Shown here: positions 24,386 through 27,404 of the stretch, one piece after another | How positions within the stretch are numbered: the first letter of the stretch is position 1 | Layout of the letters: each line of letters opens with the position of its first letter | Notes under the pieces: model-generated | The model's input: only the letters and a program-made list of their open reading frames with translations | Told to the model about the DNA's origin: nothing | Database searches by the model: none | DNA from: an uncultured archaeon | GTDB lineage: Archaea; Asgardarchaeota; Jordiarchaeia; Jordiarchaeales; Jordiarchaeaceae | Length of the DNA stretch: 27,404 bases | Direction: 5' to 3' | Assembly: GCA_964510585.1 (NCBI GenBank) | Contig: CAZECW010000049.1 | Coordinates: 1-27,404 of the forward strand | Translations under genes and position numbers: made by a program

Positions 24386-26806
24386 TTACAGAATTATTTC
24401 AATGTTTTCTCTTTTTGCTCGGTCTGGGATTTTTACCGTTACAATTTGTTGATTCTCAGAATAAGTCCATCCACTACTCTCATTTCTAAGTTTAGTCCCC
24501 GGATAAACCTCCTCCATAGCTTCTCCATTCCACAGAACTTTTGCCGGTTTTTGTTTTATGCTATTGAATCTTATTTCATAGCTTCTAGGCTTGGGCTTAT
24601 AGTTGCCCTCCCTTTCGCCTATTTCGAATGTTATGGATTTATCCGTTTTGGAACATGTATAATTAATTAGTAGGAATTCTCCTCTGGTGTAGTTTAAACT
24701 TAAGCCGTCATCTTCATAGTACTCCACTTTAGAGGTTCCCGACGGGTAAACGCTGAGAATTAGGGGATCAAGAGGTTTCTGGTCAGAATATTGAACCACA
24801 TCCCGCATGGGAATTATTGCTCCCCCACGAACAAAGATGGGACAAAAGTCCAAAGGCGTATTGACCATTACGGGAAATGCTCCCTCATGCTTCTCATTTG
24901 TCCAGAAGTTGAACCATTCTCCCTCAGGAAGGTAAACTACACAGGTCTTATTATTATCATAAACGGCTGGAGCGATAAGTAGCCAGTCTCCAAACATGAA
25001 CTGTCTTTCACTTACGTATCCGTCGGGTGTGCCGCTCAAAACTACGGGATCCCTTGGAAATTCTATAAACATGGCCCGCATAATTGGGACGCCGGTTTTA
25101 TGTGCTTGATAGAAGCAGTTGTAAATGTAGGGAAGTAGCTGGTAGCGTAGTTCAATGTATTTACGACTAATTTTTTCAACTTCGCTTCCGAAAGACCAAG
25201 GCTCTTGGTCAGGAGTACCAATCATGGTGTGGGTTCTGCAGAAGGGGTAGAAAACACCCAACTGTATCCAACGAGCATAAAGTTCTGGGGAGGGGCTTCT
25301 CCTAAAACCTCCAATGTCAACACCCACAAAGGGTTCTCCAGAGATTCCAATGTTTAAACACATAGGTATACTTAGGCGAAGATGCTCCCAGCTACTCTCA
25401 TTATCCCCAGTCCACACTGCGGCGTAACGCTGAATTCCCGAAAAGGCAGCCCTAGACAAGATGAAGGGGCGGGTATTGGGCCTTAGGCGGAGCAATCCCT
25501 CATAAATGGCTCGAGCCATCTCCAAGCCATAAACGTTGTGGAATTCCCTATGGTCAGTTACTTCCCCATCAATTTCGTGAACAGCATCCAAAGGTAGTGT
25601 TCTCTTCATGCCAGCCAGTGAGGGTTCAGCCATGTCCGCCCAGATTCCGTCGACACCAACATCTAAGTAGTCCTTGTAGAGGTTTCCCCACCATTCCCTT
25701 GTACTGGATTTGGCGAAGTCTGGAAAGTAGCATTCCGGCGGCCACTGTGGACCTATAAAGAGTTTTCCATCTGGAAGACGGACAAAATGGTTTCCCGCCA
25801 AACCCTGATCGCAAACATGATATCCCTTATCAACTTTTATTCCTGGAAAATTGCTCACCACAACTCTAAATCCCTGCTTGTGAAGGTCGGAAATCAGCTT
25901 CTTAGGGTCAGGAAACCTATTTTTGTCCCAGGTGAATGCTCTAAACTCATTCGTGTAATCTAAATCTAGCCAGATGACATCACAGGGAATTTTCCGTTTC
26001 CTAAACTCCTCCGCTATTTGGCGAACTCTACTCTCTGGATAGTAACTCCAGCGACACTGATGATAACCCAAAGACCAAAGGGGAGGAAGAGGCATCCTAC
26101 CAGTTAACTCCGTGTAGAGAGAAATAACCTTCTTAGGCTCAGGACCATAAATGAAATAATAGTCAAGGGAGCCACCGCTGGCTCCGAATGAATAGTAATC
26201 CGCAGATTCCTTTCCCATGTCAAAAGATGAGCGATAAGTGTTGTCAAAAAAGATGCCATAACTTTTACCATCTCTCAGCGCCAGGAAAAATGGGAAGGAC
26301 TCATAGAGCGGGTCGGTAGGCGTGTAGTGGTAAATGTCATCCGTGTTCCACATAGTGAGCGCCTGGTCACGCTTATCAAGAGGCCCAGCCTTTTCTCCAA
26401 ATCCAAAGTAGTGCTCCCCCTCAGGCATTTCCTTCCAGCATCTAACCTGCTCTCCATCCCAGCCCATACCCTTAGCAAAATCATCACGGTTTATTAGCCA
26501 CCCATCATGCGTGTAGAACTCCAACCTACAGGGATCTTTAACAACCCGCAACACCAAATCCTCAGTGGAGATCTCGAGAAAATTGGGCTTCTCACTAAAC
26601 TCAAACTTGGGAATAGGATACTCTCTATCGACAATGGCCCAAGACTCCCTGACAACTTGGTTAGGTGTTATGAGACGCACCCTAAAAACACTTGTTTTTA
26701 TAATTGTGATTTCAGCTCCCAGTTCTCCACAATTAACCCTTAAAACGTTTCCTTTTAAATTATAGTTTTGCACCCGGCCAATCGATACCCATTGCCTTCT
26801 CACCAT
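24386..26806 (-). CDS. Glycoside hydrolase family 31 (alpha-glucosidase-like) with C-terminal DUF5110-like domain
   Basis: PLWSLGYHQCRWSY, IPCDVIWLD, nucleophile region WADMAEP, WTGDN, RWIQLGVFYPFCRTH, YEDDG; no signal peptide evident. Confidence 0.95.
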   Translation of the reverse strand: MVRRQWVSIGRVQNYNLKGNVLRVNCGELGAEITIIKTSVFRVRLITPNQVVRESWAIVDREYPIPKFEFSEKPNFLEISTEDLVLRVVKDPCRLEFYTHDGWLINRDDFAKGMGWDGEQVRCWKEMPEGEHYFGFGEKAGPLDKRDQALTMWNTDDIYHYTPTDPLYESFPFFLALRDGKSYGIFFDNTYRSSFDMGKESADYYSFGASGGSLDYYFIYGPEPKKVISLYTELTGRMPLPPLWSLGYHQCRWSYYPESRVRQIAEEFRKRKIPCDVIWLDLDYTNEFRAFTWDKNRFPDPKKLISDLHKQGFRVVVSNFPGIKVDKGYHVCDQGLAGNHFVRLPDGKLFIGPQWPPECYFPDFAKSSTREWWGNLYKDYLDVGVDGIWADMAEPSLAGMKRTLPLDAVHEIDGEVTDHREFHNVYGLEMARAIYEGLLRLRPNTRPFILSRAAFSGIQRYAAVWTGDNESSWEHLRLSIPMCLNIGISGEPFVGVDIGGFRRSPSPELYARWIQLGVFYPFCRTHTMIGTPDQEPWSFGSEVEKISRKYIELRYQLLPYIYNCFYQAHKTGVPIMRAMFIEFPRDPVVLSGTPDGYVSERQFMFGDWLLIAPAVYDNNKTCVVYLPEGEWFNFWTNEKHEGAFPVMVNTPLDFCPIFVRGGAIIPMRDVVQYSDQKPLDPLILSVYPSGTSKVEYYEDDGLSLNYTRGEFLLINYTCSKTDKSITFEIGEREGNYKPKPRSYEIRFNSIKQKPAKVLWNGEAMEEVYPGTKLRNESSGWTYSENQQIVTVKIPDRAKRENIEIIL

Positions 26807-27100
26807 ACTTCTACACCCCGACGAATAATTTGAAGCCGCCCGTAATAATACAAATACAAGCTTATTTAAAATATATAAATTACGCTGCCCACAAATATTT
26901 ATGAATTGATGGTCACTAAGTTAAACTTGTATTCCGCACTTTGTCATAAAGGTTTCCATTATTGGGAGGTTGTCCCATAATTCTGTTGTATTTTGGTAAG
27001 TTTTGACGTGGCGGAGCCATCTGCCGAGCGTGGCGCCGCCCAACATGCACATTCTAATTCAAACACTGAGAAATGCGGTTCTGGAGGGAAAAGTTTTAGT

Positions 27101-27127
27101 GGGGAGGAAGCGCCCAAATTCCTCCCC
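27101..27127 (+). repeat. Perfect 9-bp inverted repeat just upstream of the right-edge ORF
   Basis: GGGGAGGAA-gcgcccaaa-TTCCTCCCC, ending immediately before GGGTGAT (SD) and ATG 27138. Confidence 0.6.
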
Positions 27128-27137
27128 GGGTGATCTC

Positions 27138-27404
27138 ATGAACAAGGTTCACAGACGTAGGGATAGCTACTACCAAGACTACTTCAGGGCGCGGAAGCCC
27201 CACTTCCTCCGGCTGATAGTGTTCCTCGTTGAGACACTCTTTAAACACTCCGAGGACGGCCAGCTTGAATGTCCGCGAGGAAGGGGGAGACGTCGCAGCT
27301 ACCCTATGGGAAAGCTGGTCGCCCTCGCCGTAATAAAACAGATCATTCATTGCTCTTATGTTTTTCTGGAGATAATGGCCCCCTCACTTGTAGGCATAGC
27401 GCCT
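27138..27404 (+). CDS. Probable DDE transposase N-terminus (IS5/IS4-like), truncated by the window edge; not in the ORF track
   Basis: Open to the end: MNKVHRRRDSYYQDYFRARKPHFLRLIVFLVETLFKHSEDGQLECPRGRGRRRSYPMGKLVALAVIKQIIHCSYVFLEIMAPSLVGIAP. The GR-x-x-x-YP ... hydrophobic-KQ ... SY-x-x-LE pattern resembles transposase N-terminal helices. It has SD GGTGAT and locally higher GC. Confidence 0.5.
   Translation, partial: MNKVHRRRDSYYQDYFRARKPHFLRLIVFLVETLFKHSEDGQLECPRGRGRRRSYPMGKLVALAVIKQIIHCSYVFLEIMAPSLVGIAP

Noticed and set aside
58-27350. Short ORF-track entries overlapping the assigned genes (for example 58-291, 1400-1798, 5965-6225, 8333-8740, 10866-11237, 16872-17114, 20048-20350, 27096-27350)
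   Set aside because: They are antisense or alternate-frame shadows of well-supported genes, with no motifs or independent start signals.

Overview
Archaeal chromosomal window with no rRNA, tRNA or CRISPR array that I can support. A TFE-beta/RPC34-like gene, a gins23-mcm pair and a Rab-like small GTPase point to a TACK/Asgard archaeon, most likely Asgard (inference). Coding content is mostly housekeeping, repair and metabolism: glycerate kinase, ECF S-component, GINS, MCM, PAP2 phosphatase, endonuclease III, a divergent homocitrate-synthase-like enzyme, DUF763, macrodomain, SAM methyltransferase, MPG glycosylase, DUF4139, M20 peptidase, P-type ATPase, PPP phosphatase, AstE/AspA-family hydrolase and GH31 glucosidase. 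The main signal missed by the ORF track is an IS200/IS605 (IS608-like) family present three times. One is a left end followed by the start of a Y1 transposase at the window edge (1-136). The other two are 271-bp protein-free copies (7133-7403 +, 13534-13804 -), each made of left end, AT-rich promoter-like segment, about 190 nt of structured RNA-like sequence with two compensatory base-pair changes between copies, and right end. They look like mobile omegaRNA-only guide cassettes. One sits between the apparent TATA box and start site of the macrodomain gene, so its predicted guide is that promoter. I also found an unannotated 27-aa membrane peptide, a second TIR-type MITE candidate, a decayed alpha/beta-hydrolase and a truncated transposase at the right edge. 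All assignments come from reading motifs by eye; no searches or folding programs were run.
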